Source: Leptolyngbyaceae cyanobacterium
Lineage (GTDB): Bacteria; Cyanobacteriota; Cyanobacteriia; Phormidesmidales; Phormidesmidaceae
Assembly: GCA_965263355.1 (NCBI GenBank)
Contig: CBDHHL010000056.1
Location: 768,001-832,000, forward strand
Length of the DNA: 64,000 nt
Direction: 5' to 3'
Below the pieces are notes generated by a model. The model worked only from the letters and a program-made list of their open reading frames with translations. It was not told where the DNA came from and searched no databases. Positions 1-9,262 of the stretch are shown piece after piece; position 1 is the first letter of the stretch, and each line of letters begins with the position of its first letter. The position numbers and the translations under genes are program-made.

Positions 1-426
1 GGAACCTCTCATCAACCTACCAAGCTGTTCAGGCGCGAGTTGCCATAATAAAAGTTGAAGAAGATAAGGGGAATTGATAGTTGATTTGTTAGGGCGAACC
101 TGAACTAACCTTTGTCCCATACATAATTGCAAGCCTTGAGGAACTATCGCAGCAATACCAACAGTTCCTTCTCTACTCAGAATAATATCTCCTGGGAGAA
201 CTTTAGATCTTGAGCTTCTACTTACGTAGTCATCTTGAGTTACATAACGTGTATCTCCCCAGCTCCAACCACCTTCCGTAAGATTTGATGTTCTAATACA
301 AACGACCCCATGTTTAGCCCATTTTGGTGTGCTGTGGGGGCAATCAACAATCTGTTCAGAAACGGATTGAAGTTCATGGATAGACCAGCCTTTGGGGTTA
401 CTTACTGGGTCGCCAAACATCTCCAG
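1..426 (-). CDS. hsdS: Type I restriction-modification specificity subunit, C-terminal half / single TRD (runs off window start; not in ORF track)
   Basis: Minus strand reads LEMFGDPVSNPKGWSIHELQSVSEQIVDCPHSTPKW...IRTSNL...VLPGDIILSREGTVGIAAIV...CMGQRLVQVRPN...PYLLQLL. The FGDP..NPKGW and GDIILSREGTVG motifs are typical of HsdS. ATG at 420; an in-frame TAA at 487-489 means no N-terminal half precedes it. Confidence 0.85.
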   Translation of the reverse strand, partial: MEMFGDPVSNPKGWSIHELQSVSEQIVDCPHSTPKWAKHGVVCIRTSNLTEGGWSWGDTRYVTQDDYVSRSSRSKVLPGDIILSREGTVGIAAIVPQGLQLCMGQRLVQVRPNKSTINSPYLLQLLLWQLAPEQLGRLMRGS

Positions 427-493
427 TGGGTGAATGGTACCTGTCCGAGCTGTATGGATATCGACAATAATGATTGGCAAATGGCGTTATTCC

Positions 494-700
494 GCCCAGG
501 GTTAACAGGCAAATGGCGGGGACCGCCCAGGGTTCAAAACCCAGGGCTAATTGGATCAAAACCCGCTAAAGGGGTTCAGGGTTTTGTCGCTTCAGCGACA
601 GCCATCGATGAGCGCTCGTTTTTGAACCGTGCGTGGATGAATGGCATGAGCGACAGCCCCCAATTAGCGACCAGTTTTGAACCGTACATGAATGAATGGC
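494..700. repeat. REP-like hairpins and two ~52-bp direct repeats downstream of the HUH transposase
   Basis: Hairpins gcccagggtt-caa-aacccagggc (~526-548) and tgtcgct-tc-agcgaca (585-600). Direct repeats at 594-645 and 649-700 (41/52 identical). Confidence 0.7.
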
Positions 701-742
701 CCATAGTCAGGATTGTGTGTGCGATCGCATAATCACAAACTA

Positions 743-1153
743 TTATTTGTCCGTTGTCTGCTCAAGCATCTCAATCACAGAACCTGTCGCATGATGTTCT
801 TTTTGCTTTTCAACATACCGAATAGCGCTGTCGAGCTGCCTACGGCCTAACGAAAAAACACCATATTCCTTTTGCCAGTAAAACTTATTCATTGTGGGCA
901 ATCGCTGGTTCAAAGTATACGAACTGCCACCCTTCAGCTGCTTGACCACCTCAGACACCGAACGATGTGGCGGAATCGATAAAATCAAATGAATATGATT
1001 TTCAGTGCCGTTAACTGCATGGGGAATGCACCCCAAGCGATCAGCTCTACTGCGAATGTCTGGGTAAAGTAGTTGCTCGTGGGTCTCTGTAATTAAGGAT
1101 TCTCGATTTTTAGTAGACCATACAAAATGATAGTAGAGCTGCCAAAGCGACAT
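743..1153 (-). mobile_element. tnpA: IS200/IS605-family (Y1 HUH) transposase TnpA, RAYT-like clade; no tnpB
   Basis: YHFVWSTKNR, HUH motif HIH (ENHIHLIL), LKGGSS, WQ.EYGVFS and catalytic helix YVEKQKEHH. Confidence 0.9.
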
Positions 1154-1223
1154 GGAATGGGCGTTACGCTGCTACAACAAGTAGAGAAGGCCCTGGTGAG
1201 ATATGGATAGCTGGTTCAGGTTT

Positions 1224-1721
1224 TTAGGATGACTGTGCCAGCGTTGACGCTACGGATAGATGAAACCGATCTCCGGCATCTTCCAATTGAAAATCAAGGA
1301 TATAACGTCGATTATTGGGAAACAGTGCTAGTTTTCGGGCTACCATCTCATCCATCAAGTTATAGAGATCTTGTCTGGCAGTTGCTGGTTTACCCTTCAT
1401 AAGGTCCTTAAACAACTTATCGAGGGCTGATTGCCGTTGATACTCAGGAATAATGGCTAAATTCCAGGCAATGATAGCCATCTCAAACACCATTTTCCGC
1501 TGTTCAAATTCGTCTGCCTCTGGTAGATAAGGTTCAGCAAAATCTTCTAAAACTTCAGACATTTTGACTTCACCCTTAGGATTTTTCACAATGTCTGTAA
1601 AGCTATTGGCTATGTCCCTTTGCTGAAACGTTTTCTCAAATTTATTCAGCGCCTTTTCTCCACGGTTGATCAATTTCTGCTGCTTCAGAAGTGAGCGAAA
1701 CCCTTTCGACTTTTTAGCCAT
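1224..1721 (-). CDS. Hypothetical protein
   Basis: Intact 165-aa ORF, co-oriented downstream of 1794..3209; no recognised family. Confidence 0.7.
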   Translation of the reverse strand: MAKKSKGFRSLLKQQKLINRGEKALNKFEKTFQQRDIANSFTDIVKNPKGEVKMSEVLEDFAEPYLPEADEFEQRKMVFEMAIIAWNLAIIPEYQRQSALDKLFKDLMKGKPATARQDLYNLMDEMVARKLALFPNNRRYILDFQLEDAGDRFHLSVASTLAQSS

Positions 1722-1793
1722 GGTAAGTGTTCTCTACGGAAAGACAATATTAGTTTGAATCGATTGGTTAATTGTGGCGTAGTAACACGCGCT

Positions 1794-3209
1794 TCAAAAT
1801 CTTTTACCTTTCTTTTTCTTTTTAGCCCCTTTACCTTTCTTTCCCAGCGCCTTAATCTCCTGCAATGGGGACTTGCGAGACTTCATGGGCTTAAAAGGCT
1901 TTACAGGTGTCGGAGACTCAGCAGGTGCTTTGCTAACAGAAGACGGCTGCTGCTTGGGTGCCATTTTTTTCGCCATATCTGAGACCTTAGCTTCCCATTT
2001 GCTCTTTTCGACAGGCTCATTGCTTAACGGTTCAGACTGATTAAACGTGTCCGCAAACCGTTTAGCTTCTGCCTCAAAATCTGCCTCAGCTTGATAGGCT
2101 GGCTTACCCCAACGATGGATAAAGCCATACCGCCAGAGCTTACCTTGCCAATTCTTTAGCAAAGTTCCCTGCAGATTAGTTGCCACCTGAATGGCCGACT
2201 CATATATAGAGTCCGTAATTATCCCTGCCGTGCACAAAAAGTCATACACATGAGGAATCCCCCACAGCGTGGCAAATCCCTTCGCTTGATAAGACGACAA
2301 AAAGCCTCCAATCAACCCACCCAAATAGCGATCAAGGTGCTTCACATTAATACTAAAGAAAAAGTCTGGATGGGAGAGTTGTTTCTTCGATAGATCTCGT
2401 TCTTCCAAAAAACTCATTACCGCTGACCAAATCGCTTGGCTACAAACAAAACTCAACTGATGCCGTTCTGCCATATGGATATTGAATCGCAGTGACAATT
2501 GCGGAAAGACTGCACTGGGTTCCTTTTGAAACAACGCTATGATTTTAGGGCCATCCAGCATCTGACCCGATAGGTTTTGGGCGATTTCCTGGCGTATTTC
2601 TGGTGTATTTTCAAAGCAAAAAGGCTGAGCTTCTTGCGCCCAGGCTTCCCAATCCACTGGACTGCCTTGCTGGTGCTGATTATAGGCTTGCTCCAACAAA
2701 TCAGCCATAACCACTGCTCCAAATTCATCTTCTGAACCTCCCATCAATTTTCGAGAGGTAGCTACAGTTTTATAAACAGCACGGCTAATCTTAAATGCCT
2801 GATTTCGGGCGTCATAAAAGCGTAAATCATCCAGCATTGGCAAAAGCGAATCAATGCTTTTAACGGGTTCTTGTTGATAGCGATCTAACGCGGGAGCAAT
2901 GAAATCTAACTCACGCTTAAACAACGCTACTCGAATGGGGAAATTATCAAAATACTGGAACTCCTGTTGATATAGCTCCGGTTGCTGCTCCTGCAAGATC
3001 GTCGTGAACGCCAGTGCCTGCTCAATTAAGTTGTTATCCTCCAACAAACATTCCACATCTATCAGCAGGGACGCAAGGTCTACATCTTCCGCAAACTCGA
3101 ATGGAATGGGTTTAGAAATGATCTCCAGTAAACACTGATGCTGCTCTTGGGGAGATGCTTCACTAAATTGTTCATACCATTGGTCGAAATCGTCTAGGAA
3201 TAGAGACAT
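1794..3209 (-). CDS. Hypothetical helical protein with Lys-rich C-terminal tail
   Basis: Long ORF; likely start MSLFLDD at 3209 (ORF track starts at 3311). Confidence 0.75.
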   Translation of the reverse strand: MSLFLDDFDQWYEQFSEASPQEQHQCLLEIISKPIPFEFAEDVDLASLLIDVECLLEDNNLIEQALAFTTILQEQQPELYQQEFQYFDNFPIRVALFKRELDFIAPALDRYQQEPVKSIDSLLPMLDDLRFYDARNQAFKISRAVYKTVATSRKLMGGSEDEFGAVVMADLLEQAYNQHQQGSPVDWEAWAQEAQPFCFENTPEIRQEIAQNLSGQMLDGPKIIALFQKEPSAVFPQLSLRFNIHMAERHQLSFVCSQAIWSAVMSFLEERDLSKKQLSHPDFFFSINVKHLDRYLGGLIGGFLSSYQAKGFATLWGIPHVYDFLCTAGIITDSIYESAIQVATNLQGTLLKNWQGKLWRYGFIHRWGKPAYQAEADFEAEAKRFADTFNQSEPLSNEPVEKSKWEAKVSDMAKKMAPKQQPSSVSKAPAESPTPVKPFKPMKSRKSPLQEIKALGKKGKGAKKKKKGKRF

Positions 3210-3252
3210 AGCAAACCGATAGCAAATGTGCCTTGGTTGTATGCTATCGCAA

Positions 3253-3279
3253 TCCTGATATGTTCCTGATATGTTCCTG
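3253..3279. promoter_or_regulatory. 11-bp tandem direct repeat (tcctgatatgt x2.5) in divergent promoter
   Basis: tcctgatatgt-tcctgatatgt-tcctg lies between the divergent starts at 3209 and 3349. Confidence 0.45.
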
Positions 3280-3348
3280 TAGCTACACCTTAATGTTTTA
3301 ATACGGAGCAATAATAATCACGTTAAGGTAAGTAAGGGCGCACTTCAG

Positions 3349-4213
3349 ATGGCTAAGGTCAAAAAGTCGGAAAACGTACCCAAGGCCATGCAGGCCAAGT
3401 TCGACAGCATTGTGGCCATTACCGACGAGTTTGCCAACCAACATCTGAATGATGAATATGCTCAATTTATTCGCTATGCCGTTGCAGCCCTATGTCGCAA
3501 ACGACCATCGCCGTTAGCCAAGGGGCGCGATAAAACCTGGGCCTGTGGCATTACCCACGCTATCGGTATGGTCAACTTTTTGTTTGACTCATCCCAGAAC
3601 CCACATATTAGTGCCAAGGAGTTATATAAAGCCTTTGGTGTAAGCAGCAGTACTGGACAAGCCAAGTCAAAGCTGGTGCGCGACATCCTCAACACCCATC
3701 AGATGGATCCTGACTGGTGTCTATCTAGTAAGTTAGACAATAACCTGATGGCCTGGATGATATCGGTGAATGGATTTATGGTAGATGCCCGCTCAATGCC
3801 TCAGCATATCCAAGAGGAGGCCTTTGCCCAAGGCTTGATTCCCTATCTTCCTGACAGTGGTCCTGATAGTGAAGAGACTACTCAGGTAGATTCCTCGACA
3901 CTAGTCCGTACTAAAACAAACGCAACGCAGCAATCAGATGACACGGGGACGGGGACCCAATGCCCCTAATGCAACCAAATATGGGGTGCCAATGCCGGGT
4001 GACCCTAGTTCTGTCAACGATGTTGCTAAAGCTAAGATGGCCTCGTTAGGGCTTTCTAAAGAAGACAGCTTTGGATATTGGTTTGATTTTGGAGATGACT
4101 GGTGGCATCAGGTGAACGTCATCGATATTAAGGCCAAAGCCCCTAAAGGGAAATACCCCAAAGTAACCAAAAGAGTTGGGGCTAGCCCACCTCAATATGC
4201 CGAGTTTGACTAG
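3349..4213 (+). pseudogene. DUF6398 + plasmid pRiA4b ORF-3 family protein, split by frameshift/internal deletion near 3940-3960
   Basis: 3349..3969 has LCRKRPSPL..G...WACGI and NFLFD (DUF6398-like). 3938..4213, in another frame, has YWFDFGDDWWHQV...YPKV...G.SPPQY (pRiA4b ORF3 C-terminus). Confidence 0.7.
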
Positions 4214-4346
4214 GAGTCACAGCAAAAGAAAGAACAAAAAACTTCTTAAACATTTTGCAGTTAAGCCTGTAGCCAATTTACATCTTCCTTAGAAAAAGCT
4301 GGTGAGCGATCTGTGGAAGAGATGCTTGAGCCGGACGCCTCAAGGC

Positions 4347-4518
4347 TCAAGGCAAAATCTCTTGATAAATCAGCTTGGCTATGACCAAGCCCCCGTGCGA
4401 ACTCATTCGACACAGACCTAAATCATTCAAAAATTGCACATCATCCTGGGGAATATCCCTCAGTTCTTGACCCGCTAGCATCGGTTCAATCACAGCCCGC
4501 ACCCGATCTTCTCGCAAA
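4347..4518 (-). pseudogene. Internal fragment of cyanobacterial AAA-type ATP-binding protein
   Basis: LREDRVRAVIEPMLAGQEL..IPQDDVQFL.DLGLCRM...GGLVIA..IYQEILP resembles the post-ATPase region of this family; no start and no P-loop. Confidence 0.6.
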
Positions 4519-4893
4519 ATACAATCACCGCTCGTCCACGACCTCGATAGCGGGGGGCCGTCAGTTCCCGATGACGATGCATCAGCACGTCGCGAGACCA
4601 AGGCGCTTCAAACACCGCTTCATGCATCGCTCGACGACTCACTTGCCGCCCCTCTGGCCAGACGATTTGAGCGTATATCCCTTGAAGGTCTTATTCGGGC
4701 TTAACAATAGACCATTGATATAACGGCTGACATGCTCAAATCCGGCGTTCCGGAGAAACACCTCGCGATAGTCCTGCAGAAAGCCCTTTATGGTAGACCC
4801 AATCCCAACCAGCGGACAATGCATCGATACAGTTCCAACCACGGTCCAACTATTGTCCCAGATAGTCGAACGACCTAACCTTCCAAGTCGTGT
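4519..4893 (-). mobile_element. Truncated, frameshifted IS701-like transposase 5' fragment with probable IS end near 4880-4893
   Basis: From ATG 4824: MHCPLVGIG..YREVF.R.AGFEHVSRYINGLLLSPNKT, then frameshift to QGIYAQIVW...SRRAMHEAVFEAPW...HR...RGRGRAVI; no DDE core. Confidence 0.65.
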
Positions 4894-5049
4894 TTTGACC
4901 CATTTTTTACTACTAAACCTGTAGGTGAAGGCACTGGCCTGGGGCTTTACATTTGCTATCGAATTATTGTTGAAAATCACAATGGCCAACTAAGGTATCA
5001 CTCTAGGGAGAATAAGGGGACAGAGTTTGTGATTACCTTACCGTTCTAA
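4894..5049 (+). pseudogene. C-terminal HATPase_c fragment of a sensor histidine kinase (not in ORF track)
   Basis: Plus strand reads [51 protein letters not shown] (F and G2 boxes); the 5' part is replaced by the IS remnant. Confidence 0.85.
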
Positions 5050-5877
5050 CAATAACTCGCCTTGAAGAACGGTGACCGCTTGCCCGCTAATGTAAATTCG
5101 CTCCAGTGTACATTCTACATGGAGTACGCCACCTCGTTCTGATGCCTGGTAAGCGAGCATTTTGTCTTTGCCGAGTTTTGCTTGCCAGTAGGGTCCTAAA
5201 GAACAGTGGGAAGAGCCCGTTACTGGATCTTCAGGAATGCCCATGGCTGGTACAAAATAACGGGAGACAAAGTCGTAGGGAGATTCTCCGGCACTGGTAA
5301 CAATTACGCCTTGGTAAGGCAATTTGGCGATTTTATCTAGATCTGGGGTGAGGGTCTTAACGGCTTGGTGCGATCGCAATTCCACCAAATAATTTACCTC
5401 ATTTCTAGCCCCATGGACAATATCGGCATGGTTCAGGGCCGCCACTAACGCCGGAGAAATCGGTGCATCATGGACAGGCTGAGCCGGAAAGTTCATTTGA
5501 ATCAGCTCTCCATTGCGCGAAGCTAATAGCTCACCGCTCTTGGTCTGAAATCGGGCAGTAATCTCAGGAGACAGATAGCCTTCAGTCCAGAGAATATGGG
5601 CACTGGCCAGGGTAGCATGGCCACAGAGGTCAATTTCAGCAACAGGTGTGAACCAGCGAAGACTATAATTGCCTGCTGCGTCTAACGGATAGAGAAAGGC
5701 GGTTTCCGATAGGTTCATCTCCGTTGCAATCTGCTGCATTAGCACTTCGTTCAGCGGTGCATCGCTAACACATACCGCTGCTGGATTGCCCGCAAAGGGG
5801 TTATCGGTAAAGGCATCCACCTGAAATATAGGCTGTCGGATACAACTTTCGGACGCTGCAACATCTGATTGCTTCAT
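5038..5877 (-). CDS. PhzF family isomerase/epimerase
   Basis: [47 protein letters not shown]. Confidence 0.9.
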   Translation of the reverse strand: MKQSDVAASESCIRQPIFQVDAFTDNPFAGNPAAVCVSDAPLNEVLMQQIATEMNLSETAFLYPLDAAGNYSLRWFTPVAEIDLCGHATLASAHILWTEGYLSPEITARFQTKSGELLASRNGELIQMNFPAQPVHDAPISPALVAALNHADIVHGARNEVNYLVELRSHQAVKTLTPDLDKIAKLPYQGVIVTSAGESPYDFVSRYFVPAMGIPEDPVTGSSHCSLGPYWQAKLGKDKMLAYQASERGGVLHVECTLERIYISGQAVTVLQGELLLER

Positions 5878-5980
5878 TAGAATTAAAACCAGTTATAGTG
5901 ACCCATTCAGAATTGTGACATGGATAAAAGCACTATCGTAAAATGCCGTCTTTCCTTGCCACCGAACTAGTATTAGAGAC

Positions 5981-6598
5981 ATGAAACCGTCAGAATCCTA
6001 CTCAAATTTTGAGGCCGCTGATATGGCTGCTCTCTATGCCCTTGATGTGCTAGAGGCAGACGAACGTGCACGGTTTGAGCAAGCGTTATTGGATAGTTCA
6101 GAGTTAGACCAAGCGGTTTATGAGTTTGAAGAGACTGCGGCTACATTGGCTTATGGTGCCACTCCTATGCCAATGGTGGCAGATTTAAAGGCTCGCTTAT
6201 TTAAGCGGATTGCGGACCAGCCCATCGGTGCGAGTTCAGACTTGTTGCAGCTATAGAGGGGACCTATTGCTGAGCTAAAGCAAACGGCAGCTGAGTTGGA
6301 CTGGTCTTTATTACCTGGCAAGTCTGGTGTAGAAGTGGCTACCTGGCAGGTGAATGAAGATTTCCGTGAGGCGGCCTTTTTTGCTCGGAAGATTGGGGCG
6401 GGTTTGTTTCCAAATCATTACCATGCCAGTGGAGAGACTGTGCTGGTGTTGGAAGGAGATTTTATTTTTGATGGGTAAGTGTACTATGCAGGTGAACAGG
6501 TATCTGCACCTGGCAAGACTAGTCATCAGCCAGAATCGTTAACAGGTTGTTTACTGTTGTGTGTATCGTCTATCGACGATGACATTTTGGATATTTAA
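5981..6598 (+). pseudogene. ChrR-like anti-sigma / cupin protein with two in-frame stops
   Basis: One reading frame: AALYALDVL...FE anti-sigma N-terminus, TAG 6254-6256, FPNHYHASGETVLVLEGD cupin, TAA 6476-6478, then VYYAGEQVSAPGKTSHQP...GCLLL to a stop at 6598. Confidence 0.75.
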
Positions 6599-6734
6599 TA
6601 GTGTTTTTGGGAGCGCTTTCGAATTTAATTCAGCCTGCTAATTTGGATGGGCATACTTCAAGATTGTCGTATATGTAGGTCGAGGTAGGATATGAAGTTA
6701 ACCTGCACAACCCAGATTGGTTTTGCTGACCAGT

Positions 6735-7379
6735 TTATGGATGAATCTGATTGAGGATCATGCGTAGCCGATCATAATCATCTTTCAACAGTGTTCCAAC
6801 CGTTCGTCCAGCTAACACCAACCAACTCCGATCAAACTGCCGCAGCTGATATACCTCACGAATGGCCGCTGCCACTAAGCTCTCACTCGGCACCGCACTA
6901 ACCTGCAACAGCGTCCGCAAAAAATCTAACTCCTCCGTAAACCCTATCACCTTATCTGGCTCACATCGATATACTGCTTGATGCACCTGTGGCGGTCGCG
7001 GCGGCAGATGTTGATAGCAACGCCCATCTTTACTAGAGGCTTCAAATCCGACAATTGCTACCCGAAATTCAGTTTTTAACATTGCAAAAATCTGGGGCTG
7101 CTGCTGCCGCAAATCCTCTAAGGTCATCCCCAATGCCCTTGCCCGATGCACCGAATCGATTGGGCTAGTGGTCGCATGGTAAACTACTCCATAAATTTGA
7201 TTGCCCGTTTCCTCATCAAACGACTTTACCCAGCTACCAAAGGGCGGCATCGACGGAAAACTCAAATCTTCCGGCTCCAAACATTGAGCCAAAAACTCCG
7301 TCGTCGCCGTTTCAATGACTTCAGCAATATGGGCCGGATGACGCTCACGGTCAGCCAACTGTGGCAAGGGAAGAAGCAT
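6735..7379 (-). CDS. HAS-barrel domain protein
   Basis: AEVIETATTEFLAQC...PPFGSWVK...YQHLPPRPPQVH is typical of the cyanobacterial family; likely start MLLPLP at 7379. Confidence 0.75.
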   Translation of the reverse strand: MLLPLPQLADRERHPAHIAEVIETATTEFLAQCLEPEDLSFPSMPPFGSWVKSFDEETGNQIYGVVYHATTSPIDSVHRARALGMTLEDLRQQQPQIFAMLKTEFRVAIVGFEASSKDGRCYQHLPPRPPQVHQAVYRCEPDKVIGFTEELDFLRTLLQVSAVPSESLVAAAIREVYQLRQFDRSWLVLAGRTVGTLLKDDYDRLRMILNQIHP

Positions 7380-7519
7380 AGTTTCCAGAGACAGAACAAA
7401 TGTATCAACTACACTAGCACCGTGCTTGGAAGATGACATTCTACCGCAATAAAACGATAGTAGCCCCCCTTGTGGGAGCCCTGCTTAAGAGAATCGACCC
7501 AATGGTTATAGACCTCCTA

Positions 7520-7720
7520 TTATTTCTTTTTGCCTTTGCCACGTTTAGGCTGAACCACCTCAATTTCAGACATTCTGAAGGTCACTAATTTATCCCAATT
7601 ACCTCCCTCAAACAGCACAGCTACCTTACCATCTGTAATCCGCTGCACTAGTCCCTGAAACCCATAGTAAATATCGTTTACATTCGTCACCTTAACAGGA
7701 GAACCAGGCAAAATTATCAT
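7520..7720 (-). CDS. ndhS: NAD(P)H dehydrogenase (NDH-1) subunit S
   Basis: ILPGS.VKV....[29 protein letters not shown]. Confidence 0.95.
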   Translation of the reverse strand: MIILPGSPVKVTNVNDIYYGFQGLVQRITDGKVAVLFEGGNWDKLVTFRMSEIEVVQPKRGKGKKK

Positions 7721-7941
7721 TGGTATTGCATCACTAGAGTTTCAAATAACAGTGTAACGGTAGGTTGGGTTGAACAATGCCAAAATTTTGGTCCATATCT
7801 TAGTACCTTAGCCCCTCATGGCCGACCAAGCGATTTTGGAGAAAACCTTTGGCAATGTTCGGCTAACAGAGTTTTGAAAGGAGAGGTAAGCAATGCTGAT
7901 TTGGGACTAACTGAATCTACATTCCTGCTTGTCGCCTTTCT

Positions 7942-9198
7942 TTAGAACTTTAACCGCTGCTGAAAATTTGCCACCGATTCCACAATGCCGATCGCAATAA
8001 AATTTGTCAGCAATGATGAGCGCCCATAGCTCATCCACGGCAACGGAATTCCTGTAATCGGAGCCAACCCGATGGTCATGCCAATATTCACCATCACCTG
8101 GAATACAATCATCGACAGGACACCAATTGCGAGCAGCGACCCAAAATTATCCTTCGCGTTTTGAGCAATAATAATCAGCCGCAGGCAAATAAACCAAAAC
8201 ACTATTACCATGGCCAGGGCGCCCATAAAGCCAAGCTCTTCACCCAGAGCCGAGAAAATAAAGTCGGTATGCTGTTCCGGAATAAAACTCAGCTGGGTTT
8301 GGGTGCCATGGAATAACCCTCGCCCCCACAACTGTCCTGACCCAATAGCGATTCGCGACTGAATTAAGTGATATCCACCCCCCAACGGATCCTGTTCAGG
8401 ATTTAAAAATAAGGTCAAACGGTCCCGCTGATAATCTTGTAGCAAGCTCCATAACAATTCGCCGATTTTACCTGCAATCGAATTAACAACAACAATGATT
8501 AACGTGCTGTACCATCGCAACGGCAGAGTTAACCAGGCAATTACGCCCATAACCATAACCCAGCCTATCCACACAGGAATGTAGAGGTTGAATATAACTG
8601 CAGCAACAACGGGTGATACCAATAGTACTAACCAGCCAGGATTCATATTGCTCCAGTAGAGCATCCCCAAAACAATTGCCCCAAATACTAACGAAGTACC
8701 CAAGTCCGGTTGCAAAAAGATTAGTGTCCAAGGGACAGCGGTAATGGCCAATGCCTTAATCAACCCCCCTAAGGTGGTTGATTCCCGATCCTTAAGGGTA
8801 GCTGCTAGGGTGATGATAAGCCCAATTTTGGCAAATTCTGAAGGCTGAATATTAAAGCTACCGATCCTAAGCCAGCTTTGGGCTCCGTTGCCGACGGTAC
8901 CTATCAACATCACAGCCACCAAGGAGACATTGGTAACTAAATAGATTACCCAACGCCACTCCAACAAAGATTCATAACGGCTGCGGGCAATCCACATGCA
9001 TAGGACCAAGCCGATCACACACATAACTACATGGTTCCAGGCCAGGTCGGTCTCACCGGTATATAGCCGAGTGCTAGCAATTAATAGACTCGAAAAGAGC
9101 GTGATGCCTACGGGAAAGAATAGCAATAGCCAGTCGATCCCACGCCAGGGATGCAACCAACGATGAAACCATTTGCCTAGAAATGTGGTTTGAGCCAT
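7942..9198 (-). CDS. rodA: Rod shape-determining SEDS protein RodA
   Basis: IQPSEFAK, LQPDLGT, GYHLIQSRIAIGSG, PEQHTDFIF, TGIPLPWMSYG. Confidence 0.92.
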   Translation of the reverse strand: MAQTTFLGKWFHRWLHPWRGIDWLLLFFPVGITLFSSLLIASTRLYTGETDLAWNHVVMCVIGLVLCMWIARSRYESLLEWRWVIYLVTNVSLVAVMLIGTVGNGAQSWLRIGSFNIQPSEFAKIGLIITLAATLKDRESTTLGGLIKALAITAVPWTLIFLQPDLGTSLVFGAIVLGMLYWSNMNPGWLVLLVSPVVAAVIFNLYIPVWIGWVMVMGVIAWLTLPLRWYSTLIIVVVNSIAGKIGELLWSLLQDYQRDRLTLFLNPEQDPLGGGYHLIQSRIAIGSGQLWGRGLFHGTQTQLSFIPEQHTDFIFSALGEELGFMGALAMVIVFWFICLRLIIIAQNAKDNFGSLLAIGVLSMIVFQVMVNIGMTIGLAPITGIPLPWMSYGRSSLLTNFIAIGIVESVANFQQRLKF

Positions 9199-9223
9199 AC
9201 AAATAAACCCTGTTCGTCCTATC

Positions 9224-9262
9224 GGAGCATTGCATGCAATGCCCTGACGTCAATGCCCTACG
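9224..9262. repeat. REP-like palindrome (ggagcattgcatgcaatgccc)
   Basis: Same family as the copies at 10392 and 61663; a second half-copy supplies the mrp stop codon. Confidence 0.7.

Noticed and set aside
594..700. Possible mini CRISPR array
   Set aside because: Only two degenerate 52-bp units with a 3-bp gap, no unique spacers and no cas genes.
310..732. 140-aa plus-strand ORF
   Set aside because: It is antisense to the hsdS fragment and runs across the repeat array; no protein-like motifs.
3262..3276. LexA box
   Set aside because: GTTC-N7-GTTC matches the alphaproteobacterial spacing, not the cyanobacterial GTAC-N4-GTWC; kept only as a generic direct repeat.
4639..4989. 116-aa ORF as a real gene
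   Set aside because: Chimera of antisense histidine kinase sequence and the IS transposase N-terminus.
5038..5877. Phenazine biosynthesis cluster
   Set aside because: Lone PhzF-family gene with no phzA/B/D/E/G.
6254..6478. Programmed stop-codon readthrough or recoding
   Set aside because: Two different stops (TAG, TAA), and all other genes use the standard code; pseudogenisation is simpler.
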